Shown here piece by piece: positions 19,829-30,497 of a stretch of 64,000 bases of DNA. Position 1 is the first letter of the stretch. Every line of letters starts with the position of its first letter. Location: the NCBI GenBank assembly GCA_977017575.1, contig CDRNVI010000043.1:372001-436000 (forward strand), in the 5' to 3' direction. This DNA comes from Paramoeba atlantica (lineage: Eukaryota; Protista; Discosea). Made by a program: the position numbers and the translations under genes. The notes under the pieces were generated by a model that was not told the origin of the DNA, did not search any database, and worked only from the letters and a program-made list of their open reading frames with translations.

Positions 19829-20761
19829 TCAAAAAGATCTAACCGGGGTTTTCGCCAATGCTGATGGTCTTTCTACAATTTTAGGGTTACCACTGGATAC
19901 AGCTCGCTCGTTAGATGGTGTGTGTAAATATCTTTTTGAGAATGCGTTGAAGACGCATTGTACACATTCAGAAGACAACCGTAGCGTGGCCTGTATTATA
20001 GATATTAGTACGACAAAAAGTTCTTTAACTACTTCACAGAATGGTGATAAAAAGGTGCGACTGTGCGGAACCCAAGTTCTGTTACGCTCGCTTGAAGCGT
20101 TCCTTTCTTCAATGTGCCTTGTTTTGTATGCAAAGTCGGGAGTTGATGATTCATACGATGTGCGTTCTCTATTTTTTTCAACAAATATCATGTCCGCGCA
20201 AGGAACAATATTTACAAACTTTACACTGCCTTTAAGCGGTATGTACCCAGTAGCATCAATGGCACTAGCTGCGTGAAAATGAGTAGGAAAACGAATATGC
20301 ATAACATTCGACATGCTAGTGTGCAAAATGACCTCTTGAATTCTTCCGTATTCCGCCAGATGCGTAAGTACCATTGATGCGTCGTCCTGTTCTACACCAA
20401 AGACAGTGACCCACGAGGAGGCCTTCGCCAATTCTGGCGGAGTTTGTGAAGACACAAATCCACTTCGTTCCTCTACTAATTCAACGTCCCTTGGTCTGAG
20501 TGTCGTAGCATCATCGACACGAAACTGGCTTGTATGATAGTCATCATGGGGTTTGAGCTCCACGCCCCATCGTCGATGAGCCGTTCGCATAACGGATGCG
20601 GCGGGAGTCGATTGCTGCGTAACGGTTCGCAAAGGTTCGGCCGATGTTTCTTGTGTTTGCGAAATAGTTTCAGAGAAAAATTTGTTGCTGGACTTCCACT
20701 CGTTTCCCGCAGTGTAGTCGAACACTCCCATTTTTGTTAGGAAAAGGTCTAAAAAAGTCAA
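19829..20761 (-). CDS. Nup35/Nup53-like nucleoporin (MPPN-type RRM)
   Basis: WVTVFG...VLTHLAEYGRI...NVMHIRF...VNIVPC matches the Nup35 RRM pattern. Confidence 0.7.
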   Translation of the reverse strand: MTFLDLFLTKMGVFDYTAGNEWKSSNKFFSETISQTQETSAEPLRTVTQQSTPAASVMRTAHRRWGVELKPHDDYHTSQFRVDDATTLRPRDVELVEERSGFVSSQTPPELAKASSWVTVFGVEQDDASMVLTHLAEYGRIQEVILHTSMSNVMHIRFPTHFHAASAIDATGYIPLKGSVKFVNIVPCADMIFVEKNRERTSYESSTPDFAYKTRHIEERNASSERNRTWVPHSRTFLSPFCEVVKELFVVLISIIQATLRLSSECVQCVFNAFSKRYLHTPSNERAVSSGNPKIVERPSALAKTPVRSF

Positions 20762-21122
20762 AGTATACTACATCTAAGTTTATGTAAAAGTTTCGGTCTT
20801 TGGGTTAATATTAATGCGAACTGCCTTTGTACATGGCAATCAACTTTTAACTTTTTTTTATAATACATTAGTAGTTCATTCTACATGGCAACAACATTTG
20901 CGATAATTTTCAATTAAACATTTCGTTTATGTAGTTTATGATTCGGGCTATTTCAGAAAGGGGACACGACATTCCCTTTCTTGTAGAGTATTAAAGAAAA
21001 AGCTACTAAACGTTCAAAACAAACTTGCATTGCAGTAGAATATTGCGGGATGCTGCGTAATATCGAGGCGTTTCTACTCACGTTTGACCTCATTGTAGTG
21101 CATTCGACATTCCTCTATACAC

Positions 21123-21983
21123 TTAGGCCACTGGTTGCACTGCCTCTTCCACAACGAGACATCGAACATCTTCCCTTAGGACTGTTGTTGTTCCTGGGGT
21201 AAATTCTATGTGTCGTGCTGGCTCGTACATCTTCTTGTTAAAGTCCTTCACATTTCGCAACGTCACAACGGTACCATCGACACGTAACACACAAAGGTCG
21301 ATACAACTTCCCGATCCCAAATCATTGAATATCCCTGCCGCCACGGCATCGCCCACTAACGCTTTACATTTCTCTTCATCCATACCATCCTCATAACGGT
21401 TTTCCAACACAGCCATCGCCGCCAGACATCCGGAGCCCATACTCACGAACGGCAGTCGATCCGTGCTCCCATGCGGGGCTACCGTCCCTAAGTAAGGCCC
21501 CCGAACATCACACCCACCCAGCACCAGGGCCGCGCTCACATGTCCCTGGTACCGATACAAGTGGTTCTTTAGCCGATTCAGGCACGACAACACGCGACTT
21601 TGTCGTCCGCTCGACAAGCGCTGCAGCGTGAGCTTCGCAGCGACCAGCGCGGTGACCTTCTCCGTGTCCGCGGCAGTGCCTGCGCCACAGCACATAATGT
21701 TAGGGGCGATAAAGTGAATCTTCTCACAGTTCTTGTCAGCAACCAGCGGGCCGTTCGTGGCCCGGGTGTCGGCGCCGAGTACCACACCACCGGAGTAGAC
21801 TGCCCCGACGATGGTGGTTCCGGTTTTAGTAAATTTGGTGGCTAGGGAGGACGGGGAGATACCGGATCCCAGGGCTTCCTTTTTTAACAGTCGAGTGTTA
21901 CGTCGGGCGTTCTCGAAATTAAACGCATCCCACGTGGAGCGAGGTGTACGAGAAGACTTTTCCGCTGCGCTGTCGTGCAACAT
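21123..21983 (-). CDS. PSMB7: 20S proteasome subunit beta 2
   Basis: Propeptide then TGTTIVG, ADTRATNGPLVADKNCEKIHFIAPNIMCCGAGTAADTE, and IFNDLGSGS. Confidence 0.95.
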   Translation of the reverse strand: MLHDSAAEKSSRTPRSTWDAFNFENARRNTRLLKKEALGSGISPSSLATKFTKTGTTIVGAVYSGGVVLGADTRATNGPLVADKNCEKIHFIAPNIMCCGAGTAADTEKVTALVAAKLTLQRLSSGRQSRVLSCLNRLKNHLYRYQGHVSAALVLGGCDVRGPYLGTVAPHGSTDRLPFVSMGSGCLAAMAVLENRYEDGMDEEKCKALVGDAVAAGIFNDLGSGSCIDLCVLRVDGTVVTLRNVKDFNKKMYEPARHIEFTPGTTTVLREDVRCLVVEEAVQPVA

Positions 21984-22114
21984 TGAAGTATAAGAAATAA
22001 AAAGAAAAGGAATCTATCTAAAAAGGGTCGCATGAAGCTCAGGTATTTGAATGTTGATTGCTTCGAAAATTTTATTTCCATTTCCCCCACCCCTCTATAA
22101 ACAAGGAATATACA

Positions 22115-22669
22115 CTATTTAAGAAACATATACCGAGGGAGTTTACCGGGTACATGGACTAGCACCTGTCCTTTTCTTGCCGCAACATACGCCTTGATGC
22201 GCATTGGAACAATACTCTCGTCTCGGCCGTCCCTTATTTCGAGTGACGCAACTGGAGAACTGATTCTGTTTGGAAACACAATTGGGAAGTGATCGCCTTC
22301 TGCGTAAACTTCAAGTGTCCAGGTACCACAGGAAAGTTCGCGATCCTTCAAATGGCTTCCGGCGACGTGGACAGATTCCCTCTGCCGTCTTGAGCTATAA
22401 AATTCGTACAATTGCACTTTGTGCTGCTTTAGGCCCAAAGCGGTATATTGAGCGGTTAGCAACACATCACCTGAAACAACGTAGGGGGGAATCGAGTTCG
22501 TCTTCGAGTTCTGATGGGTACTCGTATTAGAAAGTTTGTTGTAAAGGTATTGAGCATGTTGTGTAGTTGGTTTGTGGAGCGTGTTTAGCTTGTTTGCGTT
22601 AGAAACAAAAGAGTTCCAGTGATTTCCGTAGTTTACGTGAACAACTCCTGTAAGACGGAGACTCCTCAT
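22115..22669 (-). CDS. Hypothetical protein
   Basis: 184-aa ORF on the cluster strand filling the gap between two genes; no motif recognised. Confidence 0.55.
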   Translation of the reverse strand: MRSLRLTGVVHVNYGNHWNSFVSNANKLNTLHKPTTQHAQYLYNKLSNTSTHQNSKTNSIPPYVVSGDVLLTAQYTALGLKQHKVQLYEFYSSRRQRESVHVAGSHLKDRELSCGTWTLEVYAEGDHFPIVFPNRISSPVASLEIRDGRDESIVPMRIKAYVAARKGQVLVHVPGKLPRYMFLK

Positions 22670-22910
22670 AGACGTTACGACTCCAATACGTCAGTTTTGA
22701 AGTGAAGTTTACATGTGTTATAACAAAGAAATACCCAAGGAGCAATCAACCAATTTACATGAAAATGTAAATCGCCTAATATGCTTGAACAAAAGCTTAG
22801 TCTGGTATTAGGGTAATCTAGTTTTTTCTCAATTCTTCCCATTTTTAGTCTATCATGATACTCGCAGAATAAAATTTGTGTACTACGATCAGAATGATGC
22901 ACGTTCCGTT

Positions 22911-23828
22911 TCAAACTAGTCTAACAATCTCTTGGTCAGTTTCTGGACAATACACTTCGCATGCCAGATGACCAGACATGTTCTTGATGGTCGGACCCTG
23001 ATTCCCCGACTTAGTCATTTCTTGCTCTAATTTTGCCCGAAAGACATCCTTAAGGTAACCTCGCTCACTGGTGCCATGCTCCACAAGAACAACCGTAGTG
23101 CCTTGCTGTTGCATTGTCAACATGTTGTGATGAGACATCTCGCCCGTAATCACGCATGTTGCTTTTCCGGCAACAGCTTGTAGTACGGAATATCCACTTC
23201 CGGCACATATTCCGATTTTTCTCACAGAAGACTCTAAACTATGCTTGGGGGCAAGACATAGGCGAATGTTTTGGATTCCAAAGTGACGTTTAACAGCGAG
23301 TATTACAGCATGCAAAGAAATTTTTTTTTTCGAAAGTTTATTGGTGTAGCCAGTATGTTCTTGGGGTAACGTTAAAAGCATGCCTTGGCTAGGTTCGACC
23401 ACTATGGGTTCGTACACTGGCTTGCTTGACGACTCCGGGAGGGCAGCAGCAATGCCATGTGCGATCCACTCATTAATTCCTCCTGGTGCATTATCCAACG
23501 CGGTGTGTGGGGAGTAGATTGCAATGCCTTCTCGAGCGGCTCGTAATAAGGCTTCTTGCTTGGGGTCAACAGTCCGAATGCTTCGAAGCGGTGCGAAGAT
23601 AACTGGGTGGTAGCACACCAGAAAGTGTGTTTGTCGTCGCACACACTCCTCTACCACTTCACTGGTGAGATCTAGCACTATCGCGATTCGGTAGGGACGC
23701 GAAGAGGGAATGGATGTGCTGTCCAGTAGTAGTCCTACATTGTCCCACGTGGTATCGGCATAACGAAGTGGGGCAATCGTCTCCACGGCACGTACAACAT
23801 TTTGAATAAACGGATATGTGAGGTTCAT
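22911..23828 (-). CDS. NIF3L1: NIF3 family (NGG1-interacting factor 3-like) protein
   Basis: WDNVGLL, LDLT, YHPVIF, HTALD..PGGINEW, CAGSG, TGEMSHH, HGTSERGYL. Confidence 0.92.
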   Translation of the reverse strand: MNLTYPFIQNVVRAVETIAPLRYADTTWDNVGLLLDSTSIPSSRPYRIAIVLDLTSEVVEECVRRQTHFLVCYHPVIFAPLRSIRTVDPKQEALLRAAREGIAIYSPHTALDNAPGGINEWIAHGIAAALPESSSKPVYEPIVVEPSQGMLLTLPQEHTGYTNKLSKKKISLHAVILAVKRHFGIQNIRLCLAPKHSLESSVRKIGICAGSGYSVLQAVAGKATCVITGEMSHHNMLTMQQQGTTVVLVEHGTSERGYLKDVFRAKLEQEMTKSGNQGPTIKNMSGHLACEVYCPETDQEIVRLV

Positions 23829-24128
23829 TGGTTATGCAGAACTAACAAAACAGCGTTATGCAAATGATTGATATTCGAAATGGCAATTTTCAAAATTGAA
23901 TTTTCTTAAAATAGTAATGAACAATGCTTAAAATACATGTGTACGCTCGCTGGCACCCGAGGTCGTATCGAACTCCGCGTTGTCGATTTCCCTCTCTTTT
24001 ACTTTCTAAGCAATAACCCTCTCTCTAATAGGCCCATTTTAATAAATCTTCTAATAATCCCATTTTCTTCCTTTGTGCTAAATGCCCATAATATCAAAAG
24101 GATTTTATAGAGTGTGATTAAGAAAATT

Positions 24129-26057
24129 TTACCAAGGGATTTCCTTGTAATCCTTCCAAAATTTTCCATTCTCTGTGCTTTCTGTATAAACAAGATCCAG
24201 ACATCTCGCGGCTGCGTCAATTTCATCCAGCGGACATAACATATTTTCTCGAAGCCGATGCGCCCTTTTCTGTATAGGCGATTCATCAGTAATCCAACCT
24301 GTATCTATGCTATTCATATAAATATTGTCGTGGGCGTAATCTGCAGCCGATGTTCTGGTCATCATATTTAAGGCGGCTTTAGCCATATTCGTATGAGGAT
24401 GAGTTGTGAGCTTATGGCGATAAAACATGCCCTCCATAGCAGACACATTCACAATGTAGCGTTTTCCCTTTCCCCGTAAAAGTGATGGTTTTAACTTGGA
24501 GTTGATGATAAATGGAGCCAAGGCGTTAATTGCCATCACTTCCGCTGCCTCAGAACCCTTTACTTGATTTAATTTCAGGGTCCAAGAATTTTCCTTTCGT
24601 ACGTCAGTATATTCTTGAAATGCATCATACTGATCAAATTTAGGCTGGTTCTCATCAGAGTTTGATGCTCGAGTTATACAAGTGGAAGTTCCGCTACCGC
24701 CGGATACCAGAACCTCTGTGTCCGTTGTTGCATGCTGCTGAAGCAATGGCCATGAATCCTTTATTTCTCGCGTGCAGTCCTCAAGTCGTGCAATAGAATC
24801 TGAGGAATTCTCTTGGTAAAAACGATACCATTCTAAAACTCCCTTTCCTTGAAGTCGTCCATAAATAGTATCAAATATTTGATGCTCTTGGCTACGAAGA
24901 CCTTGTGAATACTGAGCTGGTCGCTGTATAGTTTGTGCAGCGTTGTTCATAATCAAATAAATTTCTGGAAATCGGTCTGTGATAAAAGAACAGAACTGTG
25001 TTACCATCCATAAATCTCGCATGTCAAGACAGAATAAATGCAGTCGGTCTTTCCATTCACTGTAGTCAGGCTCACTGGAAAATCTTATGTAGCTATCTGC
25101 CACGAAACGCGTTGTGCCTATGACTTCCGCCCCGTTCCGCAACAAGGAAAGAACAATTGCGTATCCTATCTTGATTCGACATCCTGTGACGAGACAAACT
25201 TTTTGACTCATGTCCCTCTGTTGAACTCTTTTTGCATAGTTGAATTCGGCACATGAGGGGCACAGACTATAGTAGAAATGGTGTAAGGTAGTATAGCGCT
25301 GCTTGCATATATGACACTTCTGCCAGCGATTCATTTCCCAGCTGCCATCTACTTCATCTCCAGCGTCCCCTTTCGGATTGTGTTCTTCGTTTTGAGTAGT
25401 TTCCAAATCATCCATTGGTTTACGCACATCCGGGGCAAGACTCGCTGCGCTTTCTAAAAGTTTAGTGTGATCTCCGACTTCCTCGAGCACAAGAGGATTT
25501 GCTGTCGAAAGCAGTTCTCTAAGAGCTTTATCCCTTTCTTGTTTCATTCCTGCGCGTTGAATACGTTGCCTGTCTTCTGCAAGCATTTGTCGCGCTTTTG
25601 CCTTTCGTTCCTGCTTCGTAAGTTTTGTCCATATAGAAAAATGTTTTCGCGAGCTTACTGTATCTCTGCTGATCATGGTATAGAGCCGTGTTTGGGCCAA
25701 ATATTGATCTCCTACGTACAATTCAGGATGCTCAGAAAGTATCCGCACTACTTTGCTCGTAATTTCAAGTTCAGAAAAAGTAAAACCCCATCTTTTTTCC
25801 CTTTCTTCCATCGTCATGGTTGATTGCTCTTGAAGCGTTGAGTCATCAAGCACCACAGGGCCACCATTTTGAATTCGCTTTTCCTTCAAGGTCTGTTTCG
25901 CATCGTAATTCGCACACAGCTCATTCAGATCTTCTTCAGAAATGCTAGGAAGTTCGTTCATTTCACATGTGGAGCCTTTACTTCGAAAATATGATAAAGA
26001 AGAGAAGACAACACCACTGGCAATGGGCGATAGACGTGCTTTAAAGTAATTTCCCAA
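24129..26057 (-). CDS. Short-chain dehydrogenase/reductase with upstream CxxC...CxxC zinc-binding segment
   Basis: CHICK...CPSC, VTGCRIKIG, MNNAAQT, VNVSAMEG, HPHTNMAKAALNM, DTGWITDE. Confidence 0.85.
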   Translation of the reverse strand: MGNYFKARLSPIASGVVFSSLSYFRSKGSTCEMNELPSISEEDLNELCANYDAKQTLKEKRIQNGGPVVLDDSTLQEQSTMTMEEREKRWGFTFSELEITSKVVRILSEHPELYVGDQYLAQTRLYTMISRDTVSSRKHFSIWTKLTKQERKAKARQMLAEDRQRIQRAGMKQERDKALRELLSTANPLVLEEVGDHTKLLESAASLAPDVRKPMDDLETTQNEEHNPKGDAGDEVDGSWEMNRWQKCHICKQRYTTLHHFYYSLCPSCAEFNYAKRVQQRDMSQKVCLVTGCRIKIGYAIVLSLLRNGAEVIGTTRFVADSYIRFSSEPDYSEWKDRLHLFCLDMRDLWMVTQFCSFITDRFPEIYLIMNNAAQTIQRPAQYSQGLRSQEHQIFDTIYGRLQGKGVLEWYRFYQENSSDSIARLEDCTREIKDSWPLLQQHATTDTEVLVSGGSGTSTCITRASNSDENQPKFDQYDAFQEYTDVRKENSWTLKLNQVKGSEAAEVMAINALAPFIINSKLKPSLLRGKGKRYIVNVSAMEGMFYRHKLTTHPHTNMAKAALNMMTRTSAADYAHDNIYMNSIDTGWITDESPIQKRAHRLRENMLCPLDEIDAAARCLDLVYTESTENGKFWKDYKEIPW

Positions 26058-26250
26058 GCGATACAGCCAAACGTGAAAAATTGCCAGTGTTTCCTAAATA
26101 AACCCCCCACCCCCAATAGGATAGGGGGTACAAGCAAGGTCGTACGGTGGTGTGCGAAACAAAAATACATACGTGTAAATTTATGATGCCTACATAATAT
26201 CTTGTTGGTAGGCACCCAAAAATAGAATAGCAAACCCACACGAATGCAAA

Positions 26251-27507
26251 CTATTCTTTAGGATAGTAAACGTCCCAAAGCGTAAGCCCATGCGCTGGTG
26301 CCGGTTCTGGGCGAATTCGGTTTTGTTCTCTACCTGGTTGAAAACCTTTGCTAAGAAAGTACTCGATTTCAGTCAAACTCCAAGCTCCGTTCCCCACCAT
26401 CACCAAAGCGGCAACCATGTTTCTTAGTTGGCTCCTTAGAAATGACTTCCCGCTGATCCATATCAGAACCTCGTCTCCTTGTTTTGTCACTCTTATTTTT
26501 TCTACTGCTTTCACAGTATAAACTGTACCATGTCGGCGCAAACATCTCGTCACACGGTGATCCGCAAATCCACCAAAATCATGTTCGCCTTCCATCAGCA
26601 GGGCGGCTTTTTGCATTAGGGGAACGTCCAGCGCGCGGTCGACGTGCCACTGCATATTACCGTCGTCGAGGAGTGGGTAGGCTATACGATTCAGAATGCG
26701 ATACACGTATGTCCGCCTTAACACACTCCTGGCAGCGTGAAATCCTTCTTCGGCAGGAGAGAAGGATAAAATCGCAATCTCGTCCTCCCGTTTCTTTAAC
26801 CATGCTCGGCATCTTTGTAGGAAATTTCGAGGCGCAGGAAGGATGTGGTCAGCTGGAATATCGACATGACAGGTAAGCGAACGGCAGTGAATGCCCTGTT
26901 CCGGCACCGCTGAAGCCATTACGTCCACAGGCCCCAAGTCGCATGCAATACTAACTGTGTCCTCCACCGCTTCTTGGACCGTAGGAAGGGATGACTTAAG
27001 TTGTCGCCGTAGCCACCCATAGTATTTCGTACCTTTGTACTGAATCTCGAGCTTGTGTCGCGCATACCCCTCGGCAGGCTGTTGAGTTCCGGGGATAACA
27101 GGAACAATCTCTGGTGTGCTGCGAAGCAGAGGAAATACGTGAAAGGCGTCATCCACCACTAAGTCAGTAGCAGATATTGATGTTTCGGACGGCTGTGTAG
27201 GATGTTCTTCCTCTTTAAGGAGCTCTGATTCTTTTTGAGTATCCACGATACATGGAGCAGTATTTCTTGACGGCTTGTTAAAGAGTTTTTCAAGTCGAGT
27301 AGAGTTCTCTTCGTCTAGGTCATTCTTTGTTGCAATTTTGCCACCTTTCGACCCCTTAGTGCTGTATCTGCGGCAGAATTTGTTGTTGAAAGAGGTATTA
27401 AAAACTCTGCCACTCCCCGTTCTCATAAAGTACCTCAAGCTGTCGGAGAATACATTGTACATGCAGGTAATGCAGATAGCAATAAGAATGCTTACCCAAT
27501 AAAGCAA
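26251..27507 (-). CDS. TruA-family pseudouridine synthase-like protein (catalytic motif degenerate)
   Basis: KLEIQYKGTKYYGW, TVQEAVE, FHAARSVLRRTYVYRI, MEGEHDFGGF, GKSFLRSQLRNMV, APAHGLTLWDVYY. AVPEQGIHC stands in place of GRTDAGVHA. Confidence 0.85.
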   Translation of the reverse strand: MLYWVSILIAICITCMYNVFSDSLRYFMRTGSGRVFNTSFNNKFCRRYSTKGSKGGKIATKNDLDEENSTRLEKLFNKPSRNTAPCIVDTQKESELLKEEEHPTQPSETSISATDLVVDDAFHVFPLLRSTPEIVPVIPGTQQPAEGYARHKLEIQYKGTKYYGWLRRQLKSSLPTVQEAVEDTVSIACDLGPVDVMASAVPEQGIHCRSLTCHVDIPADHILPAPRNFLQRCRAWLKKREDEIAILSFSPAEEGFHAARSVLRRTYVYRILNRIAYPLLDDGNMQWHVDRALDVPLMQKAALLMEGEHDFGGFADHRVTRCLRRHGTVYTVKAVEKIRVTKQGDEVLIWISGKSFLRSQLRNMVAALVMVGNGAWSLTEIEYFLSKGFQPGREQNRIRPEPAPAHGLTLWDVYYPKE

Positions 27508-28067
27508 TAAGAATCCTTGCTTTACCAGACTAAAATTCTCTTCTCTTGTTATGATTTGTCTACAAAGTACGTAAAACTATTTCATATATCATGTAAATCT
27601 TTTATATTTATACGCTTCACGAATAATCTTCGCTAAAAGAATTGGCTTCCTCGTATACGCTTACCCTATGAGCGCATCCAAGAGAATAAATATAAATACA
27701 CAAAGACATAATTTACATATTTAAATCATAAATTAAGAGTGTCGCCTATGATAGTCGATACAAGATACCCATCACTCTAATCGCGTTCCACACTTTCTGT
27801 CAGTTTAACAGACACTTAATTTATAAATGCACATGTGTTTGGCCAACGAAAAGTCGGGTCTAAACGTGCAAGGCACAATGTATAGAAAGAAAACGTCAGT
27901 CACATAACTTCAGTATAGTCGAAAATCAAGCAAAACGTACACGCATCCGCACGGTACGTCTTGTGTGACGCAGGGAGAAGGAAAAATGTTTTTACACGAC
28001 AAAAACGCTAACGTGTATTTGGCGTCCATTTAAATCATTTATACATCCTACAAATCATTTGTGCATC

Positions 28068-28823
28068 CTACGCATCTGGAGCCTGTGAGCAAAAAAAGCT
28101 CTTTATGATATCGAGGACCTCATCTGCACATCGAGATTGAGACGCATCTTTTGGGTCACGTCGTGCCGCAAAGAAGCCGTGGTGCATCGTGTCAAACCGC
28201 TTCCAAATATTTTTCGATGAAAAGGGTTTTTTGGATAATATATCTTGAATATCTTTCATGGACGGCTCGTCCTTCGAGGTCAGCACACACAAAGGGGCGT
28301 TGCAAGTACGCGCATCGGTGACATCCAAAAATGACGGGTGCACGGCGGCGCATCCATGAAGAAAGCCGTCTCGCTGAGCACCCATCATTACTTTCGCTCC
28401 CCAACACATACCCAAGCCATACACAGTGCTTTCTCGTACACTATGCCTCTCACAATAATCCACCGCAGCAATGTACTTCGGCTTTGCATGCTCATACTTT
28501 CCGTTTTCCTCTATCCAATTCAAAAGAGGTTTAAAGTCTTCCAAAGGCCACGGTTCCATTGGCCAAGACTTTCCTTCAAAAAAATCAGGAACAACAACAG
28601 TGTAATTTGTGCATTGAGACAACCTGTCACATATTTGCAGCGTACAAGGATGATAGCCGAATATGTCGTATGTAACAACTATGGCCGCACTGCGCCCTTC
28701 TCCCGTCACATACATTTTTACCTCGTTGAATGTGATGAATTCACCAGCTAGTGCGTGGTCAGATTTCGAAACTGGAATCGGGCTAACATTCGTAGGACAA
28801 CATGGGTTTCCAGTGCCTGTCAT
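28068..28823 (-). CDS. Dienelactone hydrolase family protein
   Basis: DIFG, VVVPDFF, nucleophile elbow GMCWGAK, and D(EP) and H(HGF) triad residues. Confidence 0.9.
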   Translation of the reverse strand: MTGTGNPCCPTNVSPIPVSKSDHALAGEFITFNEVKMYVTGEGRSAAIVVTYDIFGYHPCTLQICDRLSQCTNYTVVVPDFFEGKSWPMEPWPLEDFKPLLNWIEENGKYEHAKPKYIAAVDYCERHSVRESTVYGLGMCWGAKVMMGAQRDGFLHGCAAVHPSFLDVTDARTCNAPLCVLTSKDEPSMKDIQDILSKKPFSSKNIWKRFDTMHHGFFAARRDPKDASQSRCADEVLDIIKSFFCSQAPDA

Positions 28824-29124
28824 TTTGCAAATATTGGTAAGTCTGCAGGAGATAATAATTACATGTATTAAAAATATATTTTGTGCGGCAGAATAAGCCT
28901 AGTCCAAGTTAATCATATAGTCCATCATATACGTATATTCCAAGTATAGTCCACGTATAGATTCGCACAGTACAAGTCTGACAAGATCCGATACCCTAGA
29001 ACGCAAGGCATTCATGACGTAGGAAAACAGCGTAAACAGTTCGTGCTTCGTAGCAATTATTTCATATCAATTAATCACAATACGAATGTTGTGAACCAAC
29101 AATATCCATGAATGGCCCATGCGC

Positions 29125-30234
29125 CTAACGCTGTTTATTATCATAGCCATCTCCAGTGACGACATTCCCAACCTCAATCGGCTGAGTAACAATAACTCTG
29201 CCACCGTCGACAGCTGCGTTTGGAGAATGATTTCTATCCATAAGTGATCTACGGGGAAACACACATAAGCCTTTCAAAATGCGCATTTCATTAGAGGCGA
29301 TTAGAGTGTACAGCCCCATGAAATCTTCCAAAAAGAATGTTGGTTGTCGGAGAGCCGCCGAGAGCTGGAGGGCAAGGGAGGATACCTCGTTAAAAGCTGT
29401 AACCGACTCGTATCGGAGTTTTCCATATAGCGGGGCTATTTCTGGAAGTGTCAGGGGATGACGCTCTCGAACCGTTGCTTGAGCGCAAATTCTTCCTAAA
29501 ATAAGGCATCGAAGGGCTACTGAAGAGTTCAAAAATGGGGCAACATTCGACTTCAGGTCCTGGGTGTTCGATGATATTGACGAAGGGTTTTGCATTCCGG
29601 CTATGCATTTCTCAACATAGGCCTCGTAGGGTTTATTTCCGCAAATAGGACCGTGATAGGTATTCTCCGCACTTTCGCGACAACTTGGAGAGCAGTAACG
29701 ATCCGAACATTCTGCTGGATTTCTCCGACAGCGGAGCACAGAGCCAGTACGGACTTGACGTGCGCAATTAGCACAAATCTGGTCTGATAAGGTAACTACA
29801 ATAGGATTTTCATGCCACAATACTTCGCCCGCTGCCCAGTATCGGGTGGCTACCCAACGAAGAGCACCGGAAGAACCTCTTTTTAGTTCAATTCCAGGTG
29901 GAAAATCAATGGATGTCGTATCCCCGAAGCAAGTAAGCTCTTCCTTACCATCCTTTGACTCAGGTAGAGTCGGAGGGCGTAAGGTCATGTTATTTCTTCG
30001 AAGGTATTCTACACTAGGATCAGCCAATTCCGGTAATTTCAAAAGGTTGCCTATGGCCACTGTTAGTTGCAGAAGTTCGGTCTCTTTGTGATTAATCGCG
30101 AGTCCCCTCATACAGTAGTCTGCAGCTAGAGAAGGATACCCTTTTGATGATAAGGTTTTAGCTCTTTGCACGCAGTGTTGCAGCCAATTTTGCTTGGCGA
30201 CTTGTCGTGCCGCGTTTAACTTAATTCTGACCAT
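29125..30234 (-). CDS. SMYD-like MYND/SET-domain protein (SET degenerate)
   Basis: AAGEVLWHENP, CANC...C....C...YCSPSC MYND finger, and SLMDRNHSPNA in place of NHSCxPN. Confidence 0.65.
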   Translation of the reverse strand: MVRIKLNAARQVAKQNWLQHCVQRAKTLSSKGYPSLAADYCMRGLAINHKETELLQLTVAIGNLLKLPELADPSVEYLRRNNMTLRPPTLPESKDGKEELTCFGDTTSIDFPPGIELKRGSSGALRWVATRYWAAGEVLWHENPIVVTLSDQICANCARQVRTGSVLRCRRNPAECSDRYCSPSCRESAENTYHGPICGNKPYEAYVEKCIAGMQNPSSISSNTQDLKSNVAPFLNSSVALRCLILGRICAQATVRERHPLTLPEIAPLYGKLRYESVTAFNEVSSLALQLSAALRQPTFFLEDFMGLYTLIASNEMRILKGLCVFPRRSLMDRNHSPNAAVDGGRVIVTQPIEVGNVVTGDGYDNKQR

Positions 30235-30497
30235 AAAAGAGCCCTAGTTCGATATAAATAGTAGATAGAAAACTAGAAACCTTAGAATTCGAACTGTTTC
30301 CATGACGTATTCTAGAAAAATATATACAGTATAACTGTAAATGGGGTACGCGGAGTAAATATAATGTTACATTATCATCAGAGAAACGTATCTTCGGGAG
30401 TACCACTAGGCAATGAATCCACTCGTCTTGATTCTAAAATATGTGGGAAATATCAAACGAAGTCGACGCCTCTCCAAGCACTTTGACAAGAACAGAT

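Noticed and set aside
23950-23980. tRNA-like 3' fragment (tggcacccgaggtcgtatcgaac)
   Set aside because: No matching 5' acceptor strand, D-arm or anticodon arm at the expected distance, and the T-stem pairs poorly.
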